Shown in pieces: positions 62,654 to 64,000 of a DNA stretch of 64,000 nt. Positions within the stretch are counted from its first letter, which is position 1; every line of letters begins with the position of its first letter. The DNA is from Candidatus Poribacteria bacterium (GTDB lineage Bacteria; Poribacteria; WGA-4E; WGA-3G): NCBI GenBank assembly GCA_965215265.1, contig OZ244048.1:288001-352000 (forward strand), written 5' to 3'. A program made the translations under genes and the position numbers. Under the pieces are notes generated by a model. It searched no databases and had not been told where the DNA came from. It saw only the letters and a list, made by a program, of their open reading frames with translations.

Positions 62654-63244
62654 TAATTTCACCTCTGTTTTACGGGACACGGCTGGGAAGCGCGCCGCAT
62701 CCCTATTACTTTCCTTAAACCGTAACATCTGCGGTTCACGTGCAGAGAGCCCGAAGCGATCTTGCCACGTCAGACGCATTTCCGTTGGCGTGTTTAAAAG
62801 GATTGCTTCGGTAATCAGGCTCGCCCCAGTTACCTGTTGTGGAACATCGTTCAAGGTTGCCTCTGCGAGTTCCTGTATGGTTGTGGCTTCGAGTGCCGTA
62901 GTGCTACCCTTCAGCACCCGAACTATTCCACCGCGTACATCTACGTTCAGTGGTTCTTGGTGCTGTAGATAGGCGGGCAATTCGACTTTGGCAATCAATT
63001 GTTTCAACAACGCCATCGTCTCAGCAAATCGGCTCACCAGAAGCGTCTTTGCCAACCCGGGGACACCCATCAACAGTGCATGCCCCTGAGAAAATAGACA
63101 GATGGCTAAATGTTCAATAACCTTTTCCTGCCCGATGATGATCTTGGCGAGCGATTCTTTTAATTGCTCATAGACGTTGCGAAGTTCGTCAATCGCAGCA
63201 ACATCGTCAGCGCGCATTGTGTCAATGTTTTGGGGTGTCTGCAT
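62654..63244 (-). pseudogene. MoxR AAA ATPase N-terminus joined to an unrelated protein fragment (collapsed operon)
   Basis: IIGQEKVIE...GHALLMGVPGLAKTLLV (Walker A) ends at about aa 79; no RIQFTPDL or Walker B follows. Confidence 0.72.
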
Positions 63245-63770
63245 AATATACCTTTTCTAAATAGTTTTTAGTTAATAACGTATCGTTATAGAATTATACT
63301 ATAAATCTAATTAAAAATGTATGCATACCGAAAAGAGATACAGTCATTTGGTTTTTCTAGTCCGTTGGGAATAGGCTAATTTAGGGCACGTCTCTATCAA
63401 AAGCGAGTCGTGAGACACTTCGCCGCGGAGATATATAGGTTGTATTTACAGTCATGTTTCAACGCTGCACGTTTTGTTGTGACGCATACCACAAATAATT
63501 TACAAAAAAGTTGCATTTTTTTGCTATAGAAATTAAAAAGTGAAACGTTTATCTTTTTCTAATACTGCCAAATCAGGATAGGCACGTGAGAAATCAGTTT
63601 GCGTGCAGCACAACATCCATAAAAAAGATTTGCAATACACTGTACTATCTGGTAAAATGAATGTAAAAGTAAAAAGGTAATTTTAGTTTAACCATAAAAG
63701 AATTTCAGTTTAAACTCAATACAAAAATCGGTTATGACGTTAATCAATACAAAATAGGAGAAATTAGAGA

Positions 63771-64000
63771 ATGACACGTTTAATTTTCTGCTTGAATTGT
63801 CTCTTTCTGAGTACTGTTTTCAGTCTCACGACTCACGCACAAAAAACTGACTTCACTAGGAATTTTGAACTTGCTAATACCTTGGAAGCCAATAACCGTG
63901 AGTCGCAAAGAACAGACTTTACCAAAAATTTCGGAATCGGATTTCAGGGGGCCACCCCTGCTTTTGGTGGAATTAGTTTCCGTTACACGGGACTCGCCCC
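63771..64000 (+). CDS. Secreted hypothetical protein (partial, runs off the window end)
   Basis: SD aggag, then MTRLIFCLNCLFLSTVFSLTTHAQ... open to the end of the window. Confidence 0.6.
   Translation, partial: MTRLIFCLNCLFLSTVFSLTTHAQKTDFTRNFELANTLEANNRESQRTDFTKNFGIGFQGATPAFGGISFRYTGLA

Noticed and set aside
61706-63244. A novel functional AAA ATPase-glycosidase fusion enzyme
   Set aside because: The AAA part lacks Walker B and the rest of the domain, and the glycosidase-like gene has its own SD and ATG.

Overview
This is a 64-kb bacterial chromosomal window. Its gene content points to Candidatus Poribacteria (inference): PhyH dioxygenases, a sulfatase with its maturase, LamG proteins with a C-terminal 'KLATxWGxxK' tail, and an LRR-cohesin-dockerin surface protein. 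Housekeeping genes include mnmA, miaA, infC-rpmI-rplT-pheS-pheT-ubiE, ppk2, peptidases and an ABC ATPase. Main observations: (1) Six restriction-modification or DNA methyltransferase loci. Two unrelated methyltransferases are each split by a poly-G tract (G11 and G9), and both would be in frame at G10, which suggests phase variation. (2) A complete Phe-specific T-box riboswitch upstream of pheST. (3) A long, strongly base-paired spacer between rpmI and rplT. (4) An IS200/IS605 TnpB tail and right-end relic that supplies the stop codon of a deacetylase gene. (5) Many deletion scars and nonsense mutations that collapse genes or operons (Mod/Res, MoxR, PhyH, LamG, Type ISP), consistent with ongoing genome erosion. 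I found no rRNA, tRNA, CRISPR array or reverse transcriptase. All family calls come from motifs recognised by eye, not from database searches.
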